Assembly (NCBI GenBank): GCA_903824935.1
Contig: CAIJYT010000149.1
Location: 1-62,483 of the forward strand
Length of the DNA: 62,483 nt
Reading direction: 5' to 3'
Source: an uncultured Bacteroidales bacterium
Lineage (GTDB): Bacteria; Bacteroidota; Bacteroidia; Bacteroidales; FEN-979
This document shows positions 30,347 to 40,328 of the stretch, piece after piece. Every line of letters starts with the position of its first letter. The first letter of the stretch is position 1. A program made the translations under genes and the position numbers. The notes beneath the pieces are model-generated. The model worked only from the letters and a program-made list of their open reading frames with translations, made no database searches and had not been told where the DNA came from.

Positions 30347-31726
30347 TTACAGGTTGAGGTTTTTTGCCTTGTCTGGATCAAATTCCCCCTCCCACTTAGC
30401 AATCACTGCCGATGCCAGGCTGTTCCCTATCACATTCGTGGCGGTCCTGCCCATATCCATGAGCGCATCAACTCCGAGAATAAGAAAGACAGGCAGGGTG
30501 GATAATCCGAAGGATGACACAGTCCCCAGGAGGATTACCAGCGATGCCCTGGATACACCAGCCACACCTTTGCTTGTAAGCATCAGCGTCAAAAGCATGA
30601 GGATCTGGGTGCCCAGGGGCATGTCGATCCCCGAGGCCTGGGCCACGAAAACCGATGCCAGGCTGAGGTATAAGGTTGTGCCGTCCAGGTTAAATGTATA
30701 GCCCAGGGGCAGCACAAATGAAACGATTTTCCGGGGCACGCCGAATTCTTCCATTTTTTGCATTGCCAGTGGGAGAGCTGCCTCGGAACTCGTGGTGGCA
30801 AATGCTATTGCCGCAGGCTCGGTAATCGCTCTTATGAAACCCCGCAAAGGGATCCCGAAGAGCAGGCAAACCGGCAGAAGGACAAGAACCATGAAGGCCA
30901 GGAGGGCGATATAAAGGGTGCCCAGCAATTGTAATAGTGAGATGATGACCCCAATGCCCATATGGCCCACAGTATATGCTATCGATGCAAATACAGCCAC
31001 CGGTGCGAAATACATGATGATCCCTGTGAATTTGAACATGACTTCCGACAAGGCCCTGGCAAACGTCAGCATCGGCATGCGGTACTTTTCGGCCACCATG
31101 ACCATGGCGATGCCGAAAAGTATTGAAAACACGACAATCTGCAGGATCTCGGCCCCGGCAATGGACTTTGCAATATTTTCAGGGAAAATATGAAGGACGA
31201 TATCCTTCCAGCCCTGGTGGGCTGGGGCAGCAAGTTCATTCATATTGGCCGATTTCGGCAGTTTCAGGCCAACCCCTGCACGACTGATGTTTATGGCTGC
31301 CAGGCCTATGAACAAGGCAATGGTTGTAATAATCTCAAAATACAATATGGATTTCCATCCCAGCCGGCCAGTCTGCTTCAGATCGGCATGCCCGGCAATT
31401 CCGACAACCAGGGTCCCGAATAATAAGGGAGCTATGATTGTTTTGATCATGCGGAGAAATATCAGGCTGAGTACATCAAGGTCTGTCGCAATGGAAGGGA
31501 GATCGTGCCCGAACTCCATTCCGGCCAGCATTGCAAGGAACACCCAGGTGGTAAGGCTCTTTTGCTTTAAGACATAAAAAAAAAGGACCAGTACAGGCAG
31601 CCAGCGAAGAGGGATCAGCAAGCCTTCGGGGAGGTTTAGCGAGGCATAATGATCAGCCAGCAGTAAAATGACAACAAGTGATAAACTAATAAAGAATCCA
31701 AACAGCAGGCTCTTTTTCGAAAACAT
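30347..31726 (-). CDS. Dicarboxylate/amino acid:cation symporter (GltP/DctA family)
   Basis: FLRMIKTIIAPL, AFATTSSEAALP, GYTFNLDGT, SKGVAGV, DMGRTATNVIGN. Confidence 0.9.
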   Translation of the reverse strand: MFSKKSLLFGFFISLSLVVILLLADHYASLNLPEGLLIPLRWLPVLVLFFYVLKQKSLTTWVFLAMLAGMEFGHDLPSIATDLDVLSLIFLRMIKTIIAPLLFGTLVVGIAGHADLKQTGRLGWKSILYFEIITTIALFIGLAAINISRAGVGLKLPKSANMNELAAPAHQGWKDIVLHIFPENIAKSIAGAEILQIVVFSILFGIAMVMVAEKYRMPMLTFARALSEVMFKFTGIIMYFAPVAVFASIAYTVGHMGIGVIISLLQLLGTLYIALLAFMVLVLLPVCLLFGIPLRGFIRAITEPAAIAFATTSSEAALPLAMQKMEEFGVPRKIVSFVLPLGYTFNLDGTTLYLSLASVFVAQASGIDMPLGTQILMLLTLMLTSKGVAGVSRASLVILLGTVSSFGLSTLPVFLILGVDALMDMGRTATNVIGNSLASAVIAKWEGEFDPDKAKNLNL

Positions 31727-31789
31727 AGATTAAAACTTGGAGTAGTAAATATAGGAAATAAATTAAATTTGCCTTAAAAAGATCCAAAC

Positions 31790-32077
31790 ATGTTCGCATT
31801 CCACTCAGTTTACCTCAAACCCCTTGAAGAAGTTGATAAATATGTTGATGCCCACAGGGCTTATCTGCGGACATTGGTTGAGCAGAAGATTCTTGTTTGT
31901 TCCGGCCCAAGGATTCCGCGTACCGGGGGTTTTATCCTGCTTAATGCCGGCAGTAAAGACGAAGCCTTAAACATCATGTCACTGGATCCTTATGTTCTGA
32001 GCGGCATGGCAACCTACGACCTTATCGAATTTGAGCTTAAAAGTTGTGCTGAAGGATTCAAAGAGATCCTGAAATAA
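31790..32077 (+). CDS. YciI family protein
   Basis: AHRAYL, SGPRIPRTGG, DPY motifs; TAAATTTG promoter at 31764-31771. Confidence 0.85.
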   Translation: MFAFHSVYLKPLEEVDKYVDAHRAYLRTLVEQKILVCSGPRIPRTGGFILLNAGSKDEALNIMSLDPYVLSGMATYDLIEFELKSCAEGFKEILK

Positions 32078-32104
32078 TATTCTGCCTTTCATATAAATAT
32101 CTCC

Positions 32105-32971
32105 ATGGACCTCCTTCTTACAGGTGTATTTTTATTTTTTGTTTTCCTGATAGGACTACTGCCCTTTCGCCTGCTTTACCTGTTTTCGGATTTCGGGCAG
32201 TATTTCCTGCGCAGTGTTATGGGGTACCGTAGGAAGGTGATACTGTCGAACCTCAGGTCCTGTTTCCCCAACCTGTCGGAAAAAGAACTGGATGACATCC
32301 TTAGGAAAGTTTATAAAAACCTTGCCGATGTGCTGGCCGAAGGCATCAAAGGGTTCAGCATGCTTCCGCGAACAGTAAAAAAGCGCCACTTTATTACAAA
32401 CCCTGAGATTATTGAACCCTGGCTTGCCCAGGGAAAGAGCGTGATCGCTCTGCCCGCCCATTTCAACAACTTTGAATGGGGCAGCATGTCGCCGGGATTG
32501 TTCACAAAACATCCCATCATTGCCTTTTATAAGCCCCTCAGCAATAAATATATCAACCACTTCCTGAAATGGAGCAGGGCGAAATTCGGAACCACACTGG
32601 CTTCAATTTATGAAACTTACCAGGTATTTGAAACCAATGCGAATACACCTTCGGTATACATCATGGCTGCAGACCAGAGCCCGGCCAGGCCTGAGAAATC
32701 TTACTGGATCACATTCCTGGGAAGGGAGACTGCTTTCCTTCACGGGCCCGAAAAATATGCCCGTATGTATAATTATCCTGTTGTGTATGTGGATGTACAA
32801 AGGGTTAAACGCGGATATTACACCGTTAAAGCGATAATGCTGGCCGATGACCCTGCGTCCCTGCCCGAAGGGGAGGTCACGCGAAGGTATGCAAAGAAAC
32901 TCGAGGAAACCATCCTGATCGACCCGGGAAACTGGCTATGGTCTCATAAACGCTGGAAACTCTCCTTATAA
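32105..32971 (+). CDS. Lipid A late acyltransferase (LpxL/HtrB family)
   Basis: AHFNNFE (HxxxxE), ADQSP, FLGRET, WLWSHKRWK. Confidence 0.85.
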   Translation: MDLLLTGVFLFFVFLIGLLPFRLLYLFSDFGQYFLRSVMGYRRKVILSNLRSCFPNLSEKELDDILRKVYKNLADVLAEGIKGFSMLPRTVKKRHFITNPEIIEPWLAQGKSVIALPAHFNNFEWGSMSPGLFTKHPIIAFYKPLSNKYINHFLKWSRAKFGTTLASIYETYQVFETNANTPSVYIMAADQSPARPEKSYWITFLGRETAFLHGPEKYARMYNYPVVYVDVQRVKRGYYTVKAIMLADDPASLPEGEVTRRYAKKLEETILIDPGNWLWSHKRWKLSL

Positions 32972-34753
32972 GTACATGGCATCAATCCGGTCGGTGTAAC
33001 TGGCCGAGATCACTTTGCGCTTGATTTTAAGGGTGCTGGTCAATGCATCATTTTCGATGCTGAATGGTTCATGAAGCAATGTAAACTTTACAACTCTCTC
33101 GTAGGGGATTAGTTCTTCCTGAATTTCTTCCAGCCGTTTCCTGTAAAATTCCAGTATCGTGGCATCGGCGATCAGTGATTTTTCATCAGGACAGGCTTTT
33201 CCAACCAAAGGAAACAGAACTCTCAGGGAATTAAAGGACGGCACTATAAGAGCCGATATGAATTTGCGGTTGTCGCCAAGTACAACGATCTGCTCAATAA
33301 ACGGATCATCGCCCAGTAACAGTTCAATTTTCTGGGGTGAAACATACTTCCCTCCGGAAGTTTTGAAGATATCATTGATCCTGTCAAGCATGATGAGGTT
33401 GCCCTCTTCGCTGAACTTCCCCTTGTCACCACTGCAATACCACCCGTCCTTAAGCACTTTTGCAGTTTCACCTGGCTTATTGTAATATCCTTTGAAAACA
33501 GTTGCCCCGGAAATGAGGATCTCCCCCTGATCACTTATTTTAACCTCTGTCCCCGGCATCACTGTTCCGCAGGATTCAAATTCATATACATCATCCTTGA
33601 AGCATGAAACAGTAGCCGTTGCCTCAGTAGACCCGTATCCGTAATTCACAAACAGTCCGGCCGCATGGAAAAACCTGAGCAATTCGGGCCTGATAGCAGC
33701 GCCGGCACAAGGCATAAAGCGGATATTCCCGCCGAATATCGACCTGAGTTTTTTTAGAACCAGTACGTTTGCGATGCCGCGCCTGAACCTGACACCAAAG
33801 GGCGGGCGGCAATTATTTTTCAGGTATGCTGAATATTCATGGCCTGCGAAGATGGCCCAGTCAAAGATCTTTCTCTTACCGGGAGCCCACCTGGCTTCTT
33901 CCTTCCTTATCTCCTCATATGTTTTCTCGAAAAACCTGGGGACTGTGCACATTAAACTGGGCTTTGCTTTTGAGAGCTCTTCGATCACCATCTTCGGATT
34001 ATCGAGGAATACATTTACAGCGCCCTTGTATATCATGTAATATGTCCATCCGCGTTCAAAGATATGGCTGAGTGGAAGAAAGCAAAGCGACACATCCTGT
34101 TCAGTGACAACCAGTCTTTCGTCATGGTTCTGAAAACAACTGAAAAAATTGTCCATCCCGAGCATAACACCTTTGGGTTCACCCGTGGTGCCTGAAGTAT
34201 ATATGATTGTCGCCAGGTCATCAGGTTCTGCTGACTGCAGGATCTGCTCAAGCCTTTCCCGATTCGCTTCGCTCTCACCCAGTTTGAGAAAGTCTTTCCA
34301 GCTTATGCAACGGGCGTCCTCATCCGCAGAAAGGTCATCCTTGAAATATACAACTTTTCTCAGGCTTGCCGAATTACTAAAAAGCCATTTGGCTTTCTCA
34401 AGCTGTTCCCTGTTCCCGGCAAAGAGAAGTTCCATGCGGGTTTCATCAACAATGTATTTAAGCTGCTGCTTTGAAGTCGTTGCGAAAAAAGGAACCACTG
34501 CAGCCCTGATTGAGAGAATGCCAAGATCGGAAATAGTCCACTGCGGTTTGTTATCGCTGAAAATCCCCAGATTCGATCCTGGACCGAAACCAAGAGACAA
34601 CAAAGCTTTTGCAACCCTGTCGGTGGTGGAAACCAGTTCCAGCCAGTTATAGCTGCTGTATTCCTCCGTGCCTGGAGCCCGGTAACGGAATACCTCACGT
34701 GTGCCATAACCGCCAGCTCGGTTGCGCATCATATGAACCAGGTGTTTTTCCAT
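32966..34753 (-). CDS. Long-chain fatty acid-CoA ligase (AMP-binding)
   Basis: IIYTSGTTGEPKGVM, YGYGSTE, SGDKG, SGGKYVSPQ; start uncertain (ATG 34753, 34774 or 34789). Confidence 0.9.
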   Translation of the reverse strand: MEKHLVHMMRNRAGGYGTREVFRYRAPGTEEYSSYNWLELVSTTDRVAKALLSLGFGPGSNLGIFSDNKPQWTISDLGILSIRAAVVPFFATTSKQQLKYIVDETRMELLFAGNREQLEKAKWLFSNSASLRKVVYFKDDLSADEDARCISWKDFLKLGESEANRERLEQILQSAEPDDLATIIYTSGTTGEPKGVMLGMDNFFSCFQNHDERLVVTEQDVSLCFLPLSHIFERGWTYYMIYKGAVNVFLDNPKMVIEELSKAKPSLMCTVPRFFEKTYEEIRKEEARWAPGKRKIFDWAIFAGHEYSAYLKNNCRPPFGVRFRRGIANVLVLKKLRSIFGGNIRFMPCAGAAIRPELLRFFHAAGLFVNYGYGSTEATATVSCFKDDVYEFESCGTVMPGTEVKISDQGEILISGATVFKGYYNKPGETAKVLKDGWYCSGDKGKFSEEGNLIMLDRINDIFKTSGGKYVSPQKIELLLGDDPFIEQIVVLGDNRKFISALIVPSFNSLRVLFPLVGKACPDEKSLIADATILEFYRKRLEEIQEELIPYERVVKFTLLHEPFSIENDALTSTLKIKRKVISASYTDRIDAMYL

Positions 34754-34869
34754 CGGTATGTTAGGTATTGACATGCAAAGTACCGACATTTTTTCGATGA
34801 TATGAAATTACATATGTTACATATATATGATTGTATTGCAAGGGAAGCCCGGAATTTTGTTTCCCCTGA

Positions 34870-34901
34870 TTTGCTAACAGAAGTTTTTTGATGTAAATTT
34901 G
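34870..34901 (+). promoter_or_regulatory. Consensus Bacteroidota sigma-A promoter
   Basis: TTTG (34870-73), 20-nt spacer, TAAATTTG (34894-901). Confidence 0.7.
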
Positions 34902-34946
34902 TATCACTTTTATCCTTTCCCCGGATTAATGGTAAAGGAGGTAAAA

Positions 34947-35243
34947 ATGACAGTTACTACATTGGATCTCTTTCAGATCCTTCAAGCGAAGTTGGGACAA
35001 AATGAAGCAAAAGCCCTGGTTGAATTTGTGGAAAGTGAAGTGCAATTAAATCTTAAACAAGAAATGAACTCTTTTGCGACTGGTGATGACATCCGTAATT
35101 TACGGGGTGACATGCATGCTGAAATCCACAACCTGGACATAAAAATAGAAAAAATGCGAGCCGACCTGATAAAATGGATGTTCGTCTTCTGGATGGGTCA
35201 GATCAGTGTGACTGTAGCTGTGGTAATGCTTGTTTTGAAATAA
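34947..35243 (+). CDS. DUF1640/CCDC90-like coiled-coil protein with C-terminal TM
   Basis: ATxxDI motif, coiled coil, LIKWMFVFW TM end; the listed TTG start at 34899 lies inside the promoter. Confidence 0.7.
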   Translation: MTVTTLDLFQILQAKLGQNEAKALVEFVESEVQLNLKQEMNSFATGDDIRNLRGDMHAEIHNLDIKIEKMRADLIKWMFVFWMGQISVTVAVVMLVLK

Positions 35244-35249
35244 GCTTTC

Positions 35250-36143
35250 GTGTCTTCCAATATCATTGAAATCAGCAATCTTTCGAAGTACTACGGCCGT
35301 TCCCGTGGCATAGAGGACGTTTCCCTGAATGTCGGGCAGGGTGAATTTTTTGGCTTTATCGGCCCCAACGGGGCAGGCAAATCAACAACCATCCGCATCC
35401 TGCTGAACCTCATTTTCCCATCTTCAGGCAGTGCAAGGATATTCGGCCTCGATGTGCTCAGGGATTCCAAAAAGATCCGGGGCCGCCTGGGGTATGTGCC
35501 TTCCGATGCCAACCTGTACGATAAAATGAAAGTTCGCGAATTCCTCAGCTTCGGAGCGGCATTCTACGGGAGGAATAAGAGTGAAGACAGGATACAGGAG
35601 CTGGCAGGCATCCTCGATCTCAACCTGGAGCGCAGGATCACTGATCTGTCCACAGGCAATAAAAAGAAAGTGAATATCATCCAGGCGCTTGTGCACAGGC
35701 CCGAACTGCTGATCCTCGATGAGCCAACCTCCGGTTTGGATCCATTGATACAATCAAAGCTTTTCGGACTGCTGACCGAAGAAAACAAAAGAGGCACAAC
35801 GGTTTTTTTCTCTTCCCACATCCTGAGCGAGGTGCAGGCACTTTGCCGGAGGGTGGCCATTGTCAAGGAAGGCAGGATCGTTAAATCGGATGAGATTGCA
35901 GTCCTGAGGGAGAAGCAGCTGAAGAAGGTCAGGGTGCTCTTTACAGACACAGGCACGGGCCTGCAGCATGACTTTAAAATTCCAGGCATGGAATCATTTC
36001 ACAGGGAAAGTCAGAGAAGCATTGTATTCATGTTTTCGGGTGACATCAATGAATTGGTGCATTGTTTATCGGGCCGCTCCATTGAAAACCTGAGCATTGA
36101 AGAACCTCCGCTCGAAGAGATCTTCCTGCATTATTACCAGTAA
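35250..36143 (+). CDS. ABC-2 type transporter ATP-binding protein
   Basis: GPNGAGKST, LSTGNKKK, LILDEPTSGLD, SSH. Confidence 0.92.
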   Translation: MSSNIIEISNLSKYYGRSRGIEDVSLNVGQGEFFGFIGPNGAGKSTTIRILLNLIFPSSGSARIFGLDVLRDSKKIRGRLGYVPSDANLYDKMKVREFLSFGAAFYGRNKSEDRIQELAGILDLNLERRITDLSTGNKKKVNIIQALVHRPELLILDEPTSGLDPLIQSKLFGLLTEENKRGTTVFFSSHILSEVQALCRRVAIVKEGRIVKSDEIAVLREKQLKKVRVLFTDTGTGLQHDFKIPGMESFHRESQRSIVFMFSGDINELVHCLSGRSIENLSIEEPPLEEIFLHYYQ

Positions 36144-36155
36144 AAACAGGGTTGT

Positions 36156-36968
36156 ATGATAAACATTATTCTGTTTCGTATGGAATTCCGCAGGAACGTC
36201 AGGAGCCTGGTGCTCTGGTCGGTGATCATCTGCGCCCTGATCTTCTTTACCATGTCGCTGTTCCGTAGTGTGCTGCAGTACCAGCAACAGATCATGGGAA
36301 TGATGAAGATAGTTCCGATGGCCGCCATGAAAGCCAGGGGCTTCGGAAACATCACGGATATTTTCTCCGGCCTTGGTTTTTATGCAGCAAACAATATAGT
36401 GTATATGATGCTCCTGGGAAGCATCTATTCCATGGTGCTTTCATCGAACATCCTTTTAAAAGAGGAATACCTGAAGACAGCCGAATACCTGATGTCGAGG
36501 CCGATCAGCAGGGATGAGATCTTTGCAAGCAAATTGGCTGTTGCCCTGCTGAATATTGTAATCCTTAACCTGGTTGCAGGAATAACCGGGTTTATTTCCT
36601 TGATTGTATTCCGTTCGGGCGATGTTGTAATACGCCCCTTCCTGATCATTACCATGTATACATTCCTGCTGAACCTGTTCTTCGGTGCCCTGGGAGTCAT
36701 TGTGGCTGTAATGATAAGACGTCCAAGGCCTGTCACTTTCTTCTGCGTGGGGCTTGTCCTGGTGTTTTATTTTATTTTTACCATCTCAAGGATAAGCGGG
36801 GTCAGCGGTGAATTCGGTTATGTCAGCCCGTTCAAATGGGTTAACATGGATGTTCTGAAAAGCGATTTTTCTTTCGAGTTCTGGCGGATTGCATTGTTCC
36901 TGGGCCTGGCGCTCCTCCTGTCGGGCCTGTCTCTTATGATTTACAGGAAAAAAGATATTCTTACCTGA
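36156..36968 (+). CDS. ABC-2 type transporter permease
   Basis: Six TM segments, KEE..TAEYLMSRPISR..I..SK motif, YVSPF, KKDI end. Confidence 0.85.
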   Translation: MINIILFRMEFRRNVRSLVLWSVIICALIFFTMSLFRSVLQYQQQIMGMMKIVPMAAMKARGFGNITDIFSGLGFYAANNIVYMMLLGSIYSMVLSSNILLKEEYLKTAEYLMSRPISRDEIFASKLAVALLNIVILNLVAGITGFISLIVFRSGDVVIRPFLIITMYTFLLNLFFGALGVIVAVMIRRPRPVTFFCVGLVLVFYFIFTISRISGVSGEFGYVSPFKWVNMDVLKSDFSFEFWRIALFLGLALLLSGLSLMIYRKKDILT

Positions 36969-36995
36969 AAAAAAAGGCAAGGATATTTCCCTGCC
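36968..36995 (-). terminator. Intrinsic terminator oriented on the minus strand
   Basis: Minus-strand GGCAGGGA-AATA-TCCTTGCC-T8 (8 bp with one G-U); the plus strand has an A-C mismatch and no adjacent U-run. Confidence 0.6.
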
Positions 36996-37186
36996 GGCCA
37001 TTTGTGTAATATAAGCAAATTACCTATTGAGTAACATCTGGCTTTCAAATACATTCGGGTTTGGAACGTGGGTTTCAACCCGAAAGAGGACAATAAATGC
37101 GAAAAAATTTGCATGGTAAATTTTCAAATTTACTTCCCTTGTGCGCAAAAGTTTCGCATTTTTGCTGTAATGACGAGCCCTGACGA

Positions 37187-40100
37187 ATGAATTTTAAAAA
37201 TCTTTTCGTTTTCTTGTTTCTTTTATTCTCAGCAACCCTGCCGCTGCATGCACAAAGACAGCCGGTACCGGGTCAGATTCCTTATCCGCCCTTGTATTTT
37301 GATCATCTTGGCCGTGAAAACGGGCTTCCCTCTGAAGTCGTTTTCTGTGCTATACAGGACTTTGAAGGGTATATCTGGGTAGGAACAACCAACGGGCTTG
37401 CAAGGTATGACGGGCATGACATGAAGATTTTCAGGTCAATCCCAGGAGACAGTGCTTCACTTGTCGACAACAGCATTTACGACCTTCACCAGTCAAAAGA
37501 TTCCCTGATCTGGATCGGGACAGGGAACGGGCTGAGCGTATATGATCCGAATACAGGGTTGATTAAAAACTTTCCTTTCGACACAAAAAAACCGGGCGGT
37601 TTTCCGGCAAGGCGTATCTATTCTTTTCATGAGGAGACTGACGGATCGTTATGGGTGGGAGCCGATGACGGGATTGTGGTTGTTTCCGGAAGCGGCAGGA
37701 TGTTCCGTCACATCAGCATCAGTCAATGCCCGGATCCCCTGAAAAGGGAATATAATATGAATATCGTAAGCTGCATAACAGCCTTCCCCGGTGATCAGGG
37801 CAAACTGCTTTTAGGAACTATGGGCGGACTACTTCGTTTTGATAAAAAAACGAATTCGGTCGACAGGGATTTCGGAGGGCCAATCTTACCACGGACTATG
37901 ATACGCGGGATCCTCCCCGATTCAAATATGCAGGTCTGGGTCTTCGGTTGGGGCATGGGGCTGGCTTGCTTCGACCTGAAAAAAGAGAGCTGGAAATCGT
38001 TTTGTCCCGATTCAAAGAAAATCACAATCCTTTCGGTCATACCTAAAAACCGGGATGAATTATGGCTGGGAACCGACGGAATGGGCCTGGCAATATTCAA
38101 TAAGCGAAACTCCTCCTTCTTTTTCTATAAGAATAAGGCGAAAAACCAGGGATCCGTTCTCCCGGATGTGATCCACGGGGGAGCTTATTTCAACAGCAAA
38201 CAGGATTTCTGGATCTGGGGGAATGGAATTGACATCGGGAACAGGGAACTTTTTTCGTTTAAGCAGATCAGGGCCCCTTTCAGGTTCTGGTGGATGAGTT
38301 CGTTTTTCAGGGATGGAAAAAACGATCAGCTGTTTGCCGGGGCATATCGATGCAGTGGGATGCCTGTGTTCGATCTGAAAAAAGAAGTCTGGAAGCTAAT
38401 CGGGACCGATTTCCCCCTGCCGAAGGAAGGACTTTCGGTCAACCAGTTTTTACGTGATTCCCAAAACAGGCTTTGGATCAGCACAAGGAGCGGCCTGGCG
38501 TATTACGACCGGGAGGCTGATCTTCTCAGGCTTTTCAGGACGCCCGAAGGGGAAACCCCGAAATTGAGTGACCCTGTGGTTTACGGACTGTTTGAAGATG
38601 CAGATGGGAATCTCTGGGCGGGAACCCGCTACGACGGGGTCATGCGGATCAGCCGGGACCGTAAAAGAATTGAAAATTTCAGGCACATCCCTGGCAATCC
38701 TCAATCACTCATTGAAGGAACTCATTTTCTTTCTTTCCAGGTTGACACGTTCAAAAGGGTCTGGATGGGCTGCAGGAACGGAGTTAGCATGTATGATCCT
38801 GTAAATAAAAAATTCAGCAACATCCTGATGGATACCCTGCAGAAATACGGAATCAAAAAGAGATGGGTGAACGGGATGGAAAAAGATTCGCTTGGAAGGA
38901 TATGGGTGGCCATCGATGAGGCCGGACTGGTGAGAGCAGAACCCCGGGCCGACGGATCTTTCGGGATAAGGACCTTCCATTCGGGTAACGGAATGAACGA
39001 TCCCGGTACAGGCATGATCGCAAAAGATCCCGATGGAGGGTTCTGGGTGTTGAACAATGGCCTGCTATACGTGAACCCATATATTGAACAGTTCCAGGTT
39101 ATTGATCTGAAAAACGGGCTTCATGAAAATCCCAGCGGATCTTCAAGGGTTTATGTTGATGAAGAAGGAATGATTTACCTCGGGGATTCAATTGGATTCG
39201 AAACAAGGAACATGAAAGACATTCCTTTCAAAGACAAACAGCCTCTCTTCCTTAAGGTCGAATCAGCGGAGATCAACGGCAAGGTAAGCCCTGAACTGCT
39301 TGCCTCCCGGCACTATGCCATCCGGCAACTTAGTGCAGATGAGAATAACCTTACATTTCATTATGCGGCTATCTGTTTTCACAGAAGCGGCCAGGTCCGT
39401 TATAGGTATAAACTCAGCGGGTATGATATGGCATGGATTAATGCCGAAACATCAAAAGAAGCCCGTTATACTAACCTTCCCCCCGGCAGGTATTCGTTTA
39501 TTGTAAGCGTGTCCCAGGGTTCGGGATGGTATGAAGTGAAACAACCTGTTCAATTTATTATTCGTCCGCATATCTGGCAAAGATGGTGGTTCATTCTTAC
39601 CTGCATGACAACACTCATTGCGATAGTAACGATCATCTACCGTTACCGTGTAAACCAGCTTCTGAAAGTTGAACGGCTGAGAACAAGGATCGCTACCGAT
39701 CTGCATGATGACGTTAGTTCCACTTTAAGCAGTATTTCGATCCTCAGCGATATCGTCATACAGCAGACCGAAGACCGGAAATCAGCCGGGATGATAACAG
39801 AAATCGGGAGCAGTGCGAAGGAGATGCTTGAACGCATCGACGATATCATTTGGGCAGTCAACCCCTCAAACGATACCTTCCAGGACCTAGGACTCAGGAT
39901 CAGGGAATACGCGATCCCCCTGTTTGAGTCGAAGAACATTGCATTTTTAATCGACATGCCCGAAAGGCTCGATGATGTTAAATTGCAGATGGATGTGAGG
40001 AGAAACCTTTACCTGATTGCAAAGGAAGCGGTCAACAACCTGGTTAAATATTCGGCATGCAGCAATGCATGTATCATTTTCACTGAAGCATCATCCCAGC

Positions 40101-40270
40101 TGGTACTGGAAGTAAAGGATGACGGAATCGGGTTTGACCAACTGAAAAAAATCAACCGCAACGGTTTGAAAAATATGAAAAAAAGGGCTGAACAGATAAA
40201 GGGTTCCCTGGAGGTGAATTCACAACCCGGAACCGGAACCCATATTTTGCTGAAAGTAAGAACCATATGA
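37187..40270 (+). CDS. Sensor histidine kinase with periplasmic beta-propeller and Y_Y_Y domain (HisKA_3)
   Basis: Repeated QD..G.IWVGT..GL propeller motifs, YRYKLSG..YTNLPPGRYSF, TM helix, RIATDLHDD, EAVNNLVKY, DDGIGFD, GLKNM. Confidence 0.92.
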   Translation: MNFKNLFVFLFLLFSATLPLHAQRQPVPGQIPYPPLYFDHLGRENGLPSEVVFCAIQDFEGYIWVGTTNGLARYDGHDMKIFRSIPGDSASLVDNSIYDLHQSKDSLIWIGTGNGLSVYDPNTGLIKNFPFDTKKPGGFPARRIYSFHEETDGSLWVGADDGIVVVSGSGRMFRHISISQCPDPLKREYNMNIVSCITAFPGDQGKLLLGTMGGLLRFDKKTNSVDRDFGGPILPRTMIRGILPDSNMQVWVFGWGMGLACFDLKKESWKSFCPDSKKITILSVIPKNRDELWLGTDGMGLAIFNKRNSSFFFYKNKAKNQGSVLPDVIHGGAYFNSKQDFWIWGNGIDIGNRELFSFKQIRAPFRFWWMSSFFRDGKNDQLFAGAYRCSGMPVFDLKKEVWKLIGTDFPLPKEGLSVNQFLRDSQNRLWISTRSGLAYYDREADLLRLFRTPEGETPKLSDPVVYGLFEDADGNLWAGTRYDGVMRISRDRKRIENFRHIPGNPQSLIEGTHFLSFQVDTFKRVWMGCRNGVSMYDPVNKKFSNILMDTLQKYGIKKRWVNGMEKDSLGRIWVAIDEAGLVRAEPRADGSFGIRTFHSGNGMNDPGTGMIAKDPDGGFWVLNNGLLYVNPYIEQFQVIDLKNGLHENPSGSSRVYVDEEGMIYLGDSIGFETRNMKDIPFKDKQPLFLKVESAEINGKVSPELLASRHYAIRQLSADENNLTFHYAAICFHRSGQVRYRYKLSGYDMAWINAETSKEARYTNLPPGRYSFIVSVSQGSGWYEVKQPVQFIIRPHIWQRWWFILTCMTTLIAIVTIIYRYRVNQLLKVERLRTRIATDLHDDVSSTLSSISILSDIVIQQTEDRKSAGMITEIGSSAKEMLERIDDIIWAVNPSNDTFQDLGLRIREYAIPLFESKNIAFLIDMPERLDDVKLQMDVRRNLYLIAKEAVNNLVKYSACSNACIIFTEASSQLVLEVKDDGIGFDQLKKINRNGLKNMKKRAEQIKGSLEVNSQPGTGTHILLKVRTI

Positions 40271-40309
40271 TCATATGATTGTTTCACCCCGGCTTCTGTC
40301 GTAATATTG
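40264..40309 (+). promoter_or_regulatory. Putative response-regulator box plus -7 element, upstream of the regulator
   Basis: CATATGATCATATGATTG - 20 nt - TAATATTG. Confidence 0.55.
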
Positions 40310-40328
40310 TAATCAAATCTGTACTGCC

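Noticed and set aside
34811-34833. CATATG...ATATGATTG resembling the response-regulator box
   Set aside because: Internal spacing is 5 nt longer and there is no -7 element at 20 nt; AT-rich context makes chance likely
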